From Microgenomates group bacterium GW2011_GWF2_46_18 (GTDB lineage: Bacteria; Patescibacteriota; Microgenomatia; UBA1400; UBA12108), in contig LCMB01000003.1 of the NCBI GenBank assembly GCA_001002415.1, forward strand, positions 12,489-76,488: 64,000 nucleotides of DNA. Direction: 5' to 3'. Shown in pieces: positions 27,126-36,957 of this stretch. Both the position numbers and the translations under genes were made by a program. The number at the start of each line of letters is the position of its first letter. The stretch's first letter is position 1. A model generated the notes under the pieces. That model searched no databases and was not told where the DNA came from. It saw only the letters and a list, made by a program, of their open reading frames with translations.

Positions 27126-29002
27126 ACAGTTTTCTTTTCGCTTTTGTAGGCCAAACCATTCTTTTTTAGCAAATTTAGCATTTTCCCAAAATTTGCGTTA
27201 ACTTCCCCCCACTTACTCTTATCTCCCGGATCAACCAACATATATCCCACCACATTCGCTACTAACTCATCATAAAATAACCCCTGGATAAATTTTTTCA
27301 ATCGTTTATTCCACGAATCAAAAAAAGCTCCCGAAACCTCAGGGTTAGAACCTTCCATCATAGCTTGTTTCACCTCATCCGGTCGATACATTGTCAAATG
27401 AGCCAGTGTCAAAGGCAATACAACTTCTTCAATAAATCTTGGGTTGGTCACGTGCCCGAGTAAGTTGCCTCGTTTCAGATACTCAATCTCACTCCTATTG
27501 CCAATTATTGTCTCTGCAGTTAATCTCGCCAATCCCTCTAGGGTAGGTAAACTAGTTTGTAACTTATCAATATAATCATGTAAACCAAAATGATTACGAT
27601 ATGCCAACAGATCCTTATAAAGGTCTCCATTCCCCATCTCTCTCATCCCCATATTGAGTTCTTTGGTGTATTGCCCTACTGTCACCCTATACCCCTGCCC
27701 CATCAATATTCCAACCGAATAATCCGTAGCAATCATTTCATTAGAATTCTCACTCGCCAATACCTTCGCCTCTACATCACTCAATTCTCCTTCTACTGCC
27801 GGATATTCTCCCTCTGGAGCAAAAATTGATTTCATTGACCTCAACGGGTCAAATTGTCGAGCGATTTTTAAATATAAATCTCTGAAAGCCAAACGGTCTA
27901 ATCCTTTTAGCATCCACGATCTATGCCACAATGAGTGAGTCGCCTCATGAAAGATTATTCCATCGTAAGCTAAAGCATTTTTCTCATAAGTCTTCAGGTC
28001 TAAATTCTCTACTCCGCCTCCAACATTAATTTTACTTGTACTAATTTCTGCATTTCCCTGAGGAAAATTTTCTTTCCCTATATCCATCCAGGTAATACTT
28101 TTCATCCCTCGCTCAATTCCCAATTTTGATAACTTCTTTTTCACAGCCTTAGCTACCTCTGGATCAAAATTAATAATTTGCCCCTTTTCCGGACGCCTCC
28201 AGAGTGTCCAAGGGTCCTTATCTATTTCCATTGATTTATCTGGCAAAATATCTTCTGTCTCCCAGCCTGGCTTTTCCCACAACTCCGAACCTGTCTCACT
28301 TACTATTTGTGCAACGATCGGATGTGTCCCGCTTGTCGCCTGTCCTAATATCATCGAATTCCATGGATAATTCCACATCGCTCCAATCTGTAAGCGTCGA
28401 AAATCATCTGGCATAGCCACATCAATCGGATCCGAACCCATTCTTAGAGATACAAGTTCCTGCTCCGGCAAATGTACCAAGAATTCATAAACTTTTTCTG
28501 GATTTAAATCCCGAAAATAATCAGCCACGATTAAGCTCATGCGCAAATACGAAGCGTATTCATAATATTTTGTCTGAGCTTCCGGCAAAACCTCCTTTAA
28601 GCTTTCTTTTTCTGCCCCCCAACATAATTCACCCTCATGAAAAACCATCTCAACTAGCTTGCCCACACTTTTGTCCCACTCTTCCAGCTTGACAAATCCC
28701 TCCTCTGGCAAGTCATGCTTTCGCTGGTCCACTTTCCACAATTCATCAACCAACCTACCCCAACCTCCCAATTCCGCTTCCATCCTATCTCTCAACTCTG
28801 GATGATCAAATAGCTCCTTGGGATTATTCTCAAAATGCATTTGTGTCCATGGGCTTTCTTTTGTTTCTCCCTCATCCTTACCCAATAATTTTGATAATTC
28901 ACTTCCTCCTTTCAATAATCCCAAACCACCCAAAGCAGCCCCCGCCAATTTTAAAAAATCTCGCCGTGAAATTTTTTTACTATCTCCCCCCGGTTCACTC
29001 AT
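27122..29002 (-). CDS. Hypothetical exported protein with twin-arginine-like signal and HExxH motif
   Basis: [11 protein letters not shown]; [10 protein letters not shown]. Confidence 0.65.
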   Translation of the reverse strand: MSEPGGDSKKISRRDFLKLAGAALGGLGLLKGGSELSKLLGKDEGETKESPWTQMHFENNPKELFDHPELRDRMEAELGGWGRLVDELWKVDQRKHDLPEEGFVKLEEWDKSVGKLVEMVFHEGELCWGAEKESLKEVLPEAQTKYYEYASYLRMSLIVADYFRDLNPEKVYEFLVHLPEQELVSLRMGSDPIDVAMPDDFRRLQIGAMWNYPWNSMILGQATSGTHPIVAQIVSETGSELWEKPGWETEDILPDKSMEIDKDPWTLWRRPEKGQIINFDPEVAKAVKKKLSKLGIERGMKSITWMDIGKENFPQGNAEISTSKINVGGGVENLDLKTYEKNALAYDGIIFHEATHSLWHRSWMLKGLDRLAFRDLYLKIARQFDPLRSMKSIFAPEGEYPAVEGELSDVEAKVLASENSNEMIATDYSVGILMGQGYRVTVGQYTKELNMGMREMGNGDLYKDLLAYRNHFGLHDYIDKLQTSLPTLEGLARLTAETIIGNRSEIEYLKRGNLLGHVTNPRFIEEVVLPLTLAHLTMYRPDEVKQAMMEGSNPEVSGAFFDSWNKRLKKFIQGLFYDELVANVVGYMLVDPGDKSKWGEVNANFGKMLNLLKKNGLAYKSEKKTV

Positions 29003-29099
29003 CCCTCCATTATGGCAAAAACATCTCTATTCTGCTACAATTCTCACCAGCTAACCGTTTACTTGATCAGCCTTCGGCTGACTTAAGGAGGTAAATAAT

Positions 29100-30053
29100 A
29101 TGGGTAAAGTCAAAAAGATCGTTATGGATGCTTCGCAAGAAGCCGAAGTCAAAGCCAAAGCCGTTTCCAAAAAAAAGAAAATGATTATCTGGGAAGAGCT
29201 CTACTCTGACCTAACTCCTCACGTCGCTCTGGCTCTTCGCGAAGCTCGCGTCAAGCCCGATCAGTTAACCACCATGTCCGACGGTGACTTAACCGCCATT
29301 GATGGCATTAACGACACCGCTCTCGAAGAAATTCGCAGCAAATATTCTCCCGACCTTACCGCTCCCGTTGCTGTCGCTACTACCGCTGCGCCGGCCGTAG
29401 CCGAAGGCGAAGGCACGGAGGAAAAGTCCGGGATTATTCCCCCCAACAAACGCCACACTTTCCGCCATGGCAAAGCCATTGTGGCCGCCAAAAGCAAAAT
29501 TGACCGCACCAAGTTTTACCCGGTAGAAGAGGCCGTCAAACTTGTCAAATCGACCAACATTACCAACTTTGATGCCACCGTTACCGTTCACCTTAACCTA
29601 GTTGGCAAAGATGCTCCCACTCGGCTTGAGCTGACTTTCCCATATCTGGCTGGTGCCGCCAAAAAAGTTGCCATCGTCTCTGATGAAATTCTGGCTAATC
29701 TCGAAAAGGGGAAAATCGATTTTGATATCCTGGTCACCCATCCCTCTTTTATGCCCAAGTTGGCCAAATATGCCAAACTGTTGGGTCCCAAAGGGTTGAT
29801 GCCTAGCCCCAAAGCCGGCACTGTCACCCCTGATCCAGAGAAAAAGGCCCAAGAATTTGCTGCAGGCAAAACCATGATCAAAGCCGAAGCCAAGTTCCCT
29901 CTGATGCATATTACTGTCGGGAAAATTAGCCAAAAAGAAGAAGAGCTGATTCAAAACATTCGCACTCTTCTCGAAGCCGTAAAACCTAGGAACATCGGTA
30001 AAGCCACTCTTGCCAGCACCATGTCTCCCGGTATCAAGTTGCAGCTCAACTAA
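29100..30053 (+). CDS. rplA: 50S ribosomal protein L1 with N-terminal extension
   Basis: FDATV, LGPKGLMPSPKAGTVT, STMSPGI; SD AAGGAGG before 29100. Confidence 0.93.
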   Translation: MGKVKKIVMDASQEAEVKAKAVSKKKKMIIWEELYSDLTPHVALALREARVKPDQLTTMSDGDLTAIDGINDTALEEIRSKYSPDLTAPVAVATTAAPAVAEGEGTEEKSGIIPPNKRHTFRHGKAIVAAKSKIDRTKFYPVEEAVKLVKSTNITNFDATVTVHLNLVGKDAPTRLELTFPYLAGAAKKVAIVSDEILANLEKGKIDFDILVTHPSFMPKLAKYAKLLGPKGLMPSPKAGTVTPDPEKKAQEFAAGKTMIKAEAKFPLMHITVGKISQKEEELIQNIRTLLEAVKPRNIGKATLASTMSPGIKLQLN

Positions 30054-30076
30054 AATTCTGGTAGAATCAATCTAAT

Positions 30077-30167
30077 CCTTAAGACAGTAGGCGATCACTA
30101 AGCCCTACCGAAGGCAAGTATCTCACCCAGGTGGGAGCACTAGCTGTCAAAGAGGACAGCTATTTTT
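30077..30167 (+). promoter_or_regulatory. L10 leader (rplJ autoregulatory RNA) with terminator-like hairpin
   Basis: AAGACAGTAGG...TAAG.CCTACCGAAGG; TAGCTGTC/GACAGCTA plus T run. Confidence 0.78.
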
Positions 30168-30184
30168 GTATTAGGAGCCCATTT

Positions 30185-30718
30185 ATGCCAAATCAAAAAA
30201 ATCTTACTCAAGTCAAAGCCTTGGAAACCAAGCTTGAGGGGATCCAAGCCCTTTTTCTCGCGGATTATGCGGGCTTAACTGTCAAAGAACAACGGCTCCT
30301 TCGTTCCCAAGTCAAAGCCGCCGGGGGAGAATTGGTCGTTGCCAAAAATACTCTCCTCAAAATTGCCCTGCAAAACCAAGGATATGATGCCGCAAGCCTC
30401 ACTCCCGAACTCAAAGGCCAAAAAGTTACTTTGTTTGCACCTAGTGACGCCGTGGCTCCGCTTAAAGCTTTAGTCGAATTTAGCAAAGCCAACGAAAAAG
30501 AATTGCCAAAAATAAAGGCGGGTGTATTGGGCAAAGAAGTCCTAACTGTACAAAAAATTATGCAACTTGCCAATCTCCCCAGCAAAGCCGAATTGCTCTC
30601 CAAACTTCTGGGAACTCTCGCTAACCCCGCCCGCAATCTGGTCGGTGTCCTCGTTGCTCCCACCCGTAATCTGGTTTATGCCATTTCTGCCATTCAAACC
30701 AAAAAAGCTGTTCAATAA
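30185..30718 (+). CDS. rplJ: 50S ribosomal protein L10
   Basis: DYAGLTV, VAKNTLL, LANLPSKAELL; SD AGGAG. Confidence 0.95.
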   Translation: MPNQKNLTQVKALETKLEGIQALFLADYAGLTVKEQRLLRSQVKAAGGELVVAKNTLLKIALQNQGYDAASLTPELKGQKVTLFAPSDAVAPLKALVEFSKANEKELPKIKAGVLGKEVLTVQKIMQLANLPSKAELLSKLLGTLANPARNLVGVLVAPTRNLVYAISAIQTKKAVQ

Positions 30719-30775
30719 TATATAAATTACCGGAATCTAGAATCTATTATCTAGAATCTAATATAAGGAGGACTT

Positions 30776-31171
30776 ATGTCCGACACTAAACTTTCTCCCG
30801 CTCTCACTGAGATCGTCGAGAAAATCGAAAAATTATCCGTCCTAGAGGTTGCCGACCTAGTCAAAGCCCTCGAAGAGAAATTTGGCGTTAGCGCCGCCGC
30901 TCCCGTAGCCGTGGCCGCTGCTCCCGCTGCTGGTGCCGCTGCTCCAGTCGAGGAAAAAGACGCTTTTGATGTTGTTATCAGTAGTGGCGGTACCAACAAA
31001 ATTGCCGTCATCAAAGCCGTCCGTGAGCTCAATCAAACTCTGGGCCTCAAAGAAGCCAAGGATTTGGTCGAAGCCGCTCCCAAAACGATTCTCGAAGGTG
31101 CCAAAAAAGAAGACGCCGAAGCAGCCAAGAAAAAGCTCGAAGAAGCCGGTGCCACCGTCGAACTCAAGTAA
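30776..31171 (+). CDS. rplL: 50S ribosomal protein L7/L12
   Basis: [33 protein letters not shown]. Confidence 0.97.
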   Translation: MSDTKLSPALTEIVEKIEKLSVLEVADLVKALEEKFGVSAAAPVAVAAAPAAGAAAPVEEKDAFDVVISSGGTNKIAVIKAVRELNQTLGLKEAKDLVEAAPKTILEGAKKEDAEAAKKKLEEAGATVELK

Positions 31172-31194
31172 TTACTTGTTCTACAACTCAACTC

Positions 31195-31220
31195 AAAGCC
31201 CCCATACCTGGGGGCTTTTT
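31195..31220 (+). terminator. Rho-independent terminator
   Basis: AAAGCCCCCA-tacc-TGGGGGCTTTTT. Confidence 0.85.
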
Positions 31221-31391
31221 GTTACCGCCAGATCTGTTACTTATCCACCTTTCCCCATTCTCTTATAACCCTATCATCCATGATATTTCATTATGTCGCA
31301 CAATATCTCTAGATCAATCATATCGCTAATCATACATAGTATTACCCACCAACTATTAACTAATACATTTGGTAGATCAAATGAGATCCTA

Positions 31392-31420
31392 TTGACACGC
31401 TCCCGCTCACTTGCTAATAT
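31392..31420 (+). promoter_or_regulatory. sigma70 promoter
   Basis: TTGACA-17 bp-TAATAT with extended TG. Confidence 0.65.
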
Positions 31421-31428
31421 CATCTCAC

Positions 31429-31635
31429 ATGAACGATAAAATCGATCTCAAAAATCTTCCCGACCTTTTGACCGTTCGCGAAGTTGCCGACCTCCTCCGT
31501 GTCTCCCCTCTTACCCTCAAACGCTGGGGAAAACGCGGCAAACTCCCCGCTATCCGCATCAACTCTCGCGGCGACCGCCGCTACAAAAAAGAACAGGTTC
31601 AGTGGTTATTGGGTATCAATCCAGATCAGGGGTAA
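31429..31635 (+). CDS. MerR/BldC/excisionase-type HTH protein
   Basis: LLTVREVADLLRVSPLTLKRW...GDRRY. Confidence 0.88.
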   Translation: MNDKIDLKNLPDLLTVREVADLLRVSPLTLKRWGKRGKLPAIRINSRGDRRYKKEQVQWLLGINPDQG

Positions 31636-32343
31636 TCATTTTTTCTCAAACATTTTCATATCCGCTAGTTTAAACACGTAGGTACAAAAGTCCCCCACCA
31701 TATTTTCATCTTTCTTCTTATCTCCCTGCCATTCCAGATAAAGTTTCATAAAATCCTCCCGGGACAAATATGCCCATCCCATCGTGACCTGTCCAGGTAT
31801 CTTATTATCAGTCGGATCTGCTACCCAGCGCTCTTTAAAGCGTGCCTTTAGTTCTGTTATTCCCTGAACAACCGCTTGCTGAATCCTGGGAATGACTCCA
31901 TCCCTGCCAACTCCCCCTTCCATCAATAATTTAGCTTCCTCAGAACTACTTGCCCTCATTAGAATCCCCAGCTCATCTCCCCCAAGTCGAGTCAAATCAT
32001 CATATGGGCGGATTTTCCCCGCCATCTGAAAGGCATTATAAATCGCCGCATCCCCCATATAGTGACCCTGATCTTTTCCCCCTGCATCATTAATTAGCTT
32101 CAAATTATCCAGATCACCCATGGCAACCACCAATCCCGGGTATTCATCCAAATTCCCTTGTAACATCCGCTGGGCCATCCGCTGAAGTTTCAAATCTACT
32201 GCCCTCCGGCTTAACACCCCCAAATCCCCCACCAAATCAGCTAATTCCCTTTCTCGAATTTGCGCCCGTAGAGACAGAACAGATGATTTCTCTCGAGGAA
32301 ACTTTTCTCGCATCTTCAACACGGTTGCACGGTCAACTCCCAT
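31636..32343 (-). CDS. GGDEF-domain protein (diguanylate cyclase-like)
   Basis: DLDNLKLIND, GHYMGD, RLGGDEL. Confidence 0.75.
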   Translation of the reverse strand: MGVDRATVLKMREKFPREKSSVLSLRAQIRERELADLVGDLGVLSRRAVDLKLQRMAQRMLQGNLDEYPGLVVAMGDLDNLKLINDAGGKDQGHYMGDAAIYNAFQMAGKIRPYDDLTRLGGDELGILMRASSSEEAKLLMEGGVGRDGVIPRIQQAVVQGITELKARFKERWVADPTDNKIPGQVTMGWAYLSREDFMKLYLEWQGDKKKDENMVGDFCTYVFKLADMKMFEKK

Positions 32344-32350
32344 CCTTCTA

Positions 32351-33307
32351 CTATACAACCCGAGCGATCACTTCCGCTACCTCTTCGGCACTGTTTGTCA
32401 TCATCAAGTTTTGTCGCAGTTCCCCTGCCCCGGGAAATCCATGGGCATACCAGGCCAAATGTTTTCGCACAGGCATAAAGTAATTTACTCCGAGATTCTG
32501 GAAGATCTCCTCAAATTTTCTCGCGTGTTCTACCGCCCAGGCCAACCTTTGCTCTTTCGTTGGATCCTTAATCCCTGCAAAAATACCTGGATTACCTTCT
32601 GCTCCTCTTCCAATCAAGACCCCATCCACCCCATACTCTAACGTCTTACGTCTAACATCTTGTATCTTCTTTACATCTCCGTTCCCCAAGATGTAACCCC
32701 CATGATGGTGGACTATCTCCCCTGCCCGTGCAATTGTCTCCCAATCCGCTTCTCCGGTATAAAGCTGCCGAAGAGTCCTGCCGTGCAAACTCACTACCGC
32801 TGGCGCTACCTCCATTAGCGTTTCCATCCACTCCTCCATCTCGGTTTTGTCGGTTACTCCAATCCTGGTCTTGACCGAAACTGGTAAGCTGGTGTTTGCC
32901 TTAGTCACTCGTATAATCTCCTGCGCCAACTTAGGTGTCCGGATCAGCCCCGCCCCTGCCCCCTGTTCACTCACCTTCTTGGCTGGACAACCCATGTTGA
33001 TATCAATCCCGTCAAATCCCATGTCCTCAATTAACTCTGCAGCCTCCGCAAATAGTTCTGGTGTCCGGCCAAACACTTGTGCCACCACCGGTCTTTCACC
33101 TGGATCAAAGCGAAAAGTTTGTAACAGCCGTTCCCTTCGCTCTCCTTGGGTGAAATGCAAAGCATCTACACTTACAAACTCGGTAAAAATTACGTCTGGC
33201 TTCCCATACTTCGCCACCATATAGCGAAACGCGGCATCCGTCACTCCATCCATAGGTGACAGTCCCACCACCGGCAAACCTCGCCCAAACAAATCCTGCC
33301 AAAACAT
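32351..33307 (-). CDS. dus: tRNA-dihydrouridine synthase
   Basis: LSPMDGVTD, DINMGCP, VKTRIG, HGRT, GNGD, IGRG. Confidence 0.92.
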   Translation of the reverse strand: MFWQDLFGRGLPVVGLSPMDGVTDAAFRYMVAKYGKPDVIFTEFVSVDALHFTQGERRERLLQTFRFDPGERPVVAQVFGRTPELFAEAAELIEDMGFDGIDINMGCPAKKVSEQGAGAGLIRTPKLAQEIIRVTKANTSLPVSVKTRIGVTDKTEMEEWMETLMEVAPAVVSLHGRTLRQLYTGEADWETIARAGEIVHHHGGYILGNGDVKKIQDVRRKTLEYGVDGVLIGRGAEGNPGIFAGIKDPTKEQRLAWAVEHARKFEEIFQNLGVNYFMPVRKHLAWYAHGFPGAGELRQNLMMTNSAEEVAEVIARVV

Positions 33308-33308
33308 A

Positions 33309-34112
33309 TCAATCTATCAACTTGTGATACATAACTAACCACCCAAATTGAAATACTTTCAAAATCCGCCGATACCGCCACGGTTCGTGGACCAATCGCC
33401 ATAACCACTTGAGTCCCATTCGATCAATCCATCTTGGGCATCGTGCCACGACTCCCGCCCACTCGTCTAGGACTCCCCCCACTCCCATCGCTACCCTGGC
33501 CCGCAGGTATGGCCGATTTTCCTCGATCCATAAATCCTGGTAGGGAGAACCGTATGCCACCAACAAATAGCCCGGCTCATACGCGTTAATCCGCGCGATG
33601 GTCATACTGGCTTCCTCATTTTTTTCTACCCTCACACTCCTGGCCCCCTCGTACCACTCAACCAGTAGCTGAGGATAGATTTTCCTCATTTCAATAGCTG
33701 CCCGCTCTGCTACGCCACTCCGTGCTCCCAGCAAAAAGACTTTTTCACTTTTTTGCTCCGCATGCCGCAAAATTTCTTCAACCAACTCGACTCCACTCAC
33801 TCTCTCCACCTTGCCCCGCCCCAACCACATGCTGGCCCAATACACCCCCCACCCGTCGACTACTGTCAGACACTGTGTTAGCATGGATCTAAACCCTTCA
33901 TCAGTTCTTGCCTCCATCACATACTCTGGGTTGACCGTCGCCACGTGGAGCATTTCCTTCCTCTGGAGCCAAATTTTCCTTAGCACTTCACTTTTCTGAG
34001 TGCCAGATAGAGGTACTCCCAGGATTTCTATTGACTTATCCATCTTTTTTGTTGGTTTAATTTGGGTCTTCAGACCAACTTTGGCACTATTTTTTCTGTT
34101 TTTGCGACTCAT
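33309..34112 (-). CDS. WecG/TagA/CpsF family glycosyltransferase
   Basis: TVNPE, DG.GV, RVSGVEL, GSPYQDLWI, GLKWLWRL..EPWR. Confidence 0.9.
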   Translation of the reverse strand: MSRKNRKNSAKVGLKTQIKPTKKMDKSIEILGVPLSGTQKSEVLRKIWLQRKEMLHVATVNPEYVMEARTDEGFRSMLTQCLTVVDGWGVYWASMWLGRGKVERVSGVELVEEILRHAEQKSEKVFLLGARSGVAERAAIEMRKIYPQLLVEWYEGARSVRVEKNEEASMTIARINAYEPGYLLVAYGSPYQDLWIEENRPYLRARVAMGVGGVLDEWAGVVARCPRWIDRMGLKWLWRLVHEPWRYRRILKVFQFGWLVMYHKLID

Positions 34113-34448
34113 GTCTCATTCCTATCTTGCTTCATCATACCGCTAGGCATCAATTTTAGCAAAAACAACTCAATTTGACAGGAAAAATACTATCTTATAT
34201 TTTTGGAGCTATAATTTTAACCCCCTTTTACCATCCCATCTTATTTATTATTACTACAAGTCTATATCTAATTGAATATGGATGGCCATATTTAGCTCAT
34301 TGATCAAATATTTTATTCAAAAAATAACCTAAAAAGTAGAAAATAACCGAAATATCACGAAATTTCTCTAACGCTAATTATACCCCTCCCCTGCCTCTAT
34401 AATAATTAGTGGATATTTACAATTTACTCTATATCTTACGTAGAATAT

Positions 34449-35600
34449 TTATAACCTATATAACAAAACTTTTAAGGTCGCCTTCGCCGCCTTTTCCCAC
34501 GTTAACTGTTTAATCCGCGCTCGTCCCGCACCAATTAATTTAGTTCGTAATTGTTGTTGGTTGGCAATCTTTTTCATTGTTTCCGCCAATTTGGGCACAA
34601 ACACATCGTCTAACGGGACGACTATTCCTGCGTTCCCCACCACTTCGGGTAGCGCCCCTCCATTACTCACCACTACCGGGACCCCTGCTTTCATCGCTTC
34701 CAAAGGTGGTAGTCCAAAACCTTCCGTCCAGGACGGCTGCACATACATCCCTGCTCCCAGATAGAGCGCCTCAAGTTCACTCTCACCCACTCGTCCGGTT
34801 ACGATAATCCGTTCAATTGCCGGGCTCTCCCCAATTTCTCTCCACAGATCATCGTTCATCCATCCCATTCCACCAGATATAACTAGCTTGTAACCAGCGG
34901 GTAACTCAGCCTTTTCAAACGCTCTTACCAAACTCACCAAATTTTTGCGCGGCGACGCCGTCCCGACAAATAACACATACTTTCCCCTCTGCAAGCCGTA
35001 TTTCTCCCACGTTTTTTTGCTAAGATCTTCATTCTGGATTATCGATTTGTTCTCAACCCCTTCGTATATCACACTGATCTTTTTTGTATCAATCCCGGTC
35101 TCATTAATTAAATCTTGTTTGGTATGCTCCGAGACCGCAATCAACCTGTCAGCCTTGTGGGCGGCGTAATAAGTCGACAACGGCAAGTACCACCGCTGCA
35201 GCCGATTACGGTATTCCGGGAGCCACATGTATTCCAAACCATGGATCGTCACCACCGTTGTCAATTTCTCTCCCACTCCCCGACGGAAAATCGGTAAAGT
35301 ATGAGCCGGCACCCACAAAACTTCAATTCCCCGCATTTCGCTTTGCACCGCATACTTTTGCCACGTGGCCTTCGCTAGTCCCCATTGTGTCCACAGGTAC
35401 CGATACTTGATTGGACAAACCAATATATTATTTCTTTTGCCAAGCGATGATAAATTTGCCTTTGGCCGGATAAATAGAACAAAAAAGTGCTTTTTTGCCT
35501 CTGGCAGTTGCAGCATCTCATTGATAACGTGGTATGAATAATTTTCCGTGCCCGTCCGCTCTTCGGCAAACGCTCTCGAGCAATCAATTCCGATGACCAT
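34449..35600 (-). CDS. GT4 family glycosyltransferase
   Basis: VGT..PRKNL, PSWTEGFGLPPLEAM. Confidence 0.92.
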   Translation of the reverse strand: MVIGIDCSRAFAEERTGTENYSYHVINEMLQLPEAKKHFFVLFIRPKANLSSLGKRNNILVCPIKYRYLWTQWGLAKATWQKYAVQSEMRGIEVLWVPAHTLPIFRRGVGEKLTTVVTIHGLEYMWLPEYRNRLQRWYLPLSTYYAAHKADRLIAVSEHTKQDLINETGIDTKKISVIYEGVENKSIIQNEDLSKKTWEKYGLQRGKYVLFVGTASPRKNLVSLVRAFEKAELPAGYKLVISGGMGWMNDDLWREIGESPAIERIIVTGRVGESELEALYLGAGMYVQPSWTEGFGLPPLEAMKAGVPVVVSNGGALPEVVGNAGIVVPLDDVFVPKLAETMKKIANQQQLRTKLIGAGRARIKQLTWEKAAKATLKVLLYRL

Positions 35601-35633
35601 ATCACAATGATATCAGATCGTAACAATAACATG

Positions 35634-35774
35634 CATTTTGACCGTACTTATTCGGTGCAGACATGTTTCACAACCGAAAAAGATTACGCAGACGGGTAGT
35701 CGAGTACCAGGTGAATTCGCCACCAGGCGAATATCACCGATTTTTCGTGGGAAATATGTCGAACCGAAGAAATG
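35634..35774 (+). ncRNA. Candidate structured ncRNA
   Basis: Long interrupted stem closing a three-way junction; G.U pairs favour the + strand. Confidence 0.4.
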
Positions 35775-36776
35775 TTATCTCAACGCCCGTCTGTACGTAT
35801 CAATATTCTCGATCGCTTTCCCCGTCCCCTTGACCACGCACAACAAAGGTTCCTCTGCCAGATATGCGGGTACCCCCACTTCTCTGGTCAACAACGTATC
35901 CAAATTTCGCAAAGTTGCCGTCCCCCCACTCATCACAATTCCTCGATCAATAATGTCTGACGACAATTCCGGCGGTGTCTCTTCCAGCACTGCCTTTACC
36001 ACTCCCACTATCTGGGCGAGAGGTTTTGTCAAAGCTTGGTACACATCACTTGAAGTCAGCGTAATTGTTCTAGGTAGTCCAGTCACGGTATCTCTTCCCT
36101 TTACCTGGATACTTTCTTCCCGCGGCAACTTGATTGCCGAACCAATCTTTATCTTCACCATTTCTGCAGTCTGATCTCCGATCACCAGCGCGTGATTACG
36201 CCTGGCAAAATCCATAATTGCTTCATCCAATTTGTTTCCCCCCACTCGCACACTTTTGTGGGCCACGACGCCTCCCAAAGATATGACAGCCGTCTCGGCA
36301 CTTCCTCCGCCTACATCCAAAATCATATTCCCCGAGGCTTCCGCAATCGGGACTCCCGCCCCAATCGCCGCCGCCAGAGGTTCATCAATCAGATAGGTTG
36401 CCTTGGCTCCAGCTGCCATCGTCGCATCCACTGCCGCTCTGCGCTCTACTTGAGTACATCCAGCCGGAACGCAAATCATTACCTCTGGTTTTAACCACAG
36501 ATTCTTTCCTACGGCCTTTTGAATAAAAAACCGTATCAGTGCCTCGGTAATCGCGTAATCAGCGATCACTCCGTCCTTCATTGGCCGGCTCGCAATGATA
36601 TTCCCGGGGGTTCGCCCCAACATTGTCTTGGCTTCATGCCCTACTGCCACTACTCGCATATCCTCGACAGATACCGCTACCACCGTTGGCTCGTTCAGGA
36701 CAATTCCTCTGCCTGCTACCCAGACCAAAGAATTCGCCGTCCCCAAATCAATCCCTATTCTTTTTCCCCAACTCAT
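35775..36776 (-). CDS. mreB: Rod shape-determining protein MreB
   Basis: GIDLGTAN, NEPTVVA, EPLAAAIGAG, DVGGG, TPPELSSDI. Confidence 0.96.
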   Translation of the reverse strand: MSWGKRIGIDLGTANSLVWVAGRGIVLNEPTVVAVSVEDMRVVAVGHEAKTMLGRTPGNIIASRPMKDGVIADYAITEALIRFFIQKAVGKNLWLKPEVMICVPAGCTQVERRAAVDATMAAGAKATYLIDEPLAAAIGAGVPIAEASGNMILDVGGGSAETAVISLGGVVAHKSVRVGGNKLDEAIMDFARRNHALVIGDQTAEMVKIKIGSAIKLPREESIQVKGRDTVTGLPRTITLTSSDVYQALTKPLAQIVGVVKAVLEETPPELSSDIIDRGIVMSGGTATLRNLDTLLTREVGVPAYLAEEPLLCVVKGTGKAIENIDTYRRALR

Positions 36777-36957
36777 ATGCCAACATTCTAGCATATTTAC
36801 TTTTTCACGCATTTTTACCTTTACCGCATTATCTACTTTATTACCGCACCTTCTGACCTAGATTTTGCGGTATATAACCCGCTTGACATTCAGATTCACT
36901 CGTCATACACTGAAAATATTCCCAACAAACTTAGACAAACCAGAAGAAGGGCAAGTT

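Noticed and set aside
30733-30760. ATCTAGAATCTA short direct repeat between rplJ and rplL
   Set aside because: Only two short copies and no evidence of function
31220-31390. DnaA-box-like TTATCCACC as a replication origin
   Set aside because: Only one or two imperfect boxes; better explained as the promoter region of the HTH gene
31429-31635. Prophage excisionase
   Set aside because: No integrase or phage genes nearby; it has its own sigma70 promoter and fits a chromosomal BldC-like regulator
34112-34449. AT-rich intergenic region as oriC
   Set aside because: No cluster of DnaA boxes, no dnaA nearby, and the + strand looks C-rich on both sides (no skew switch by eye)
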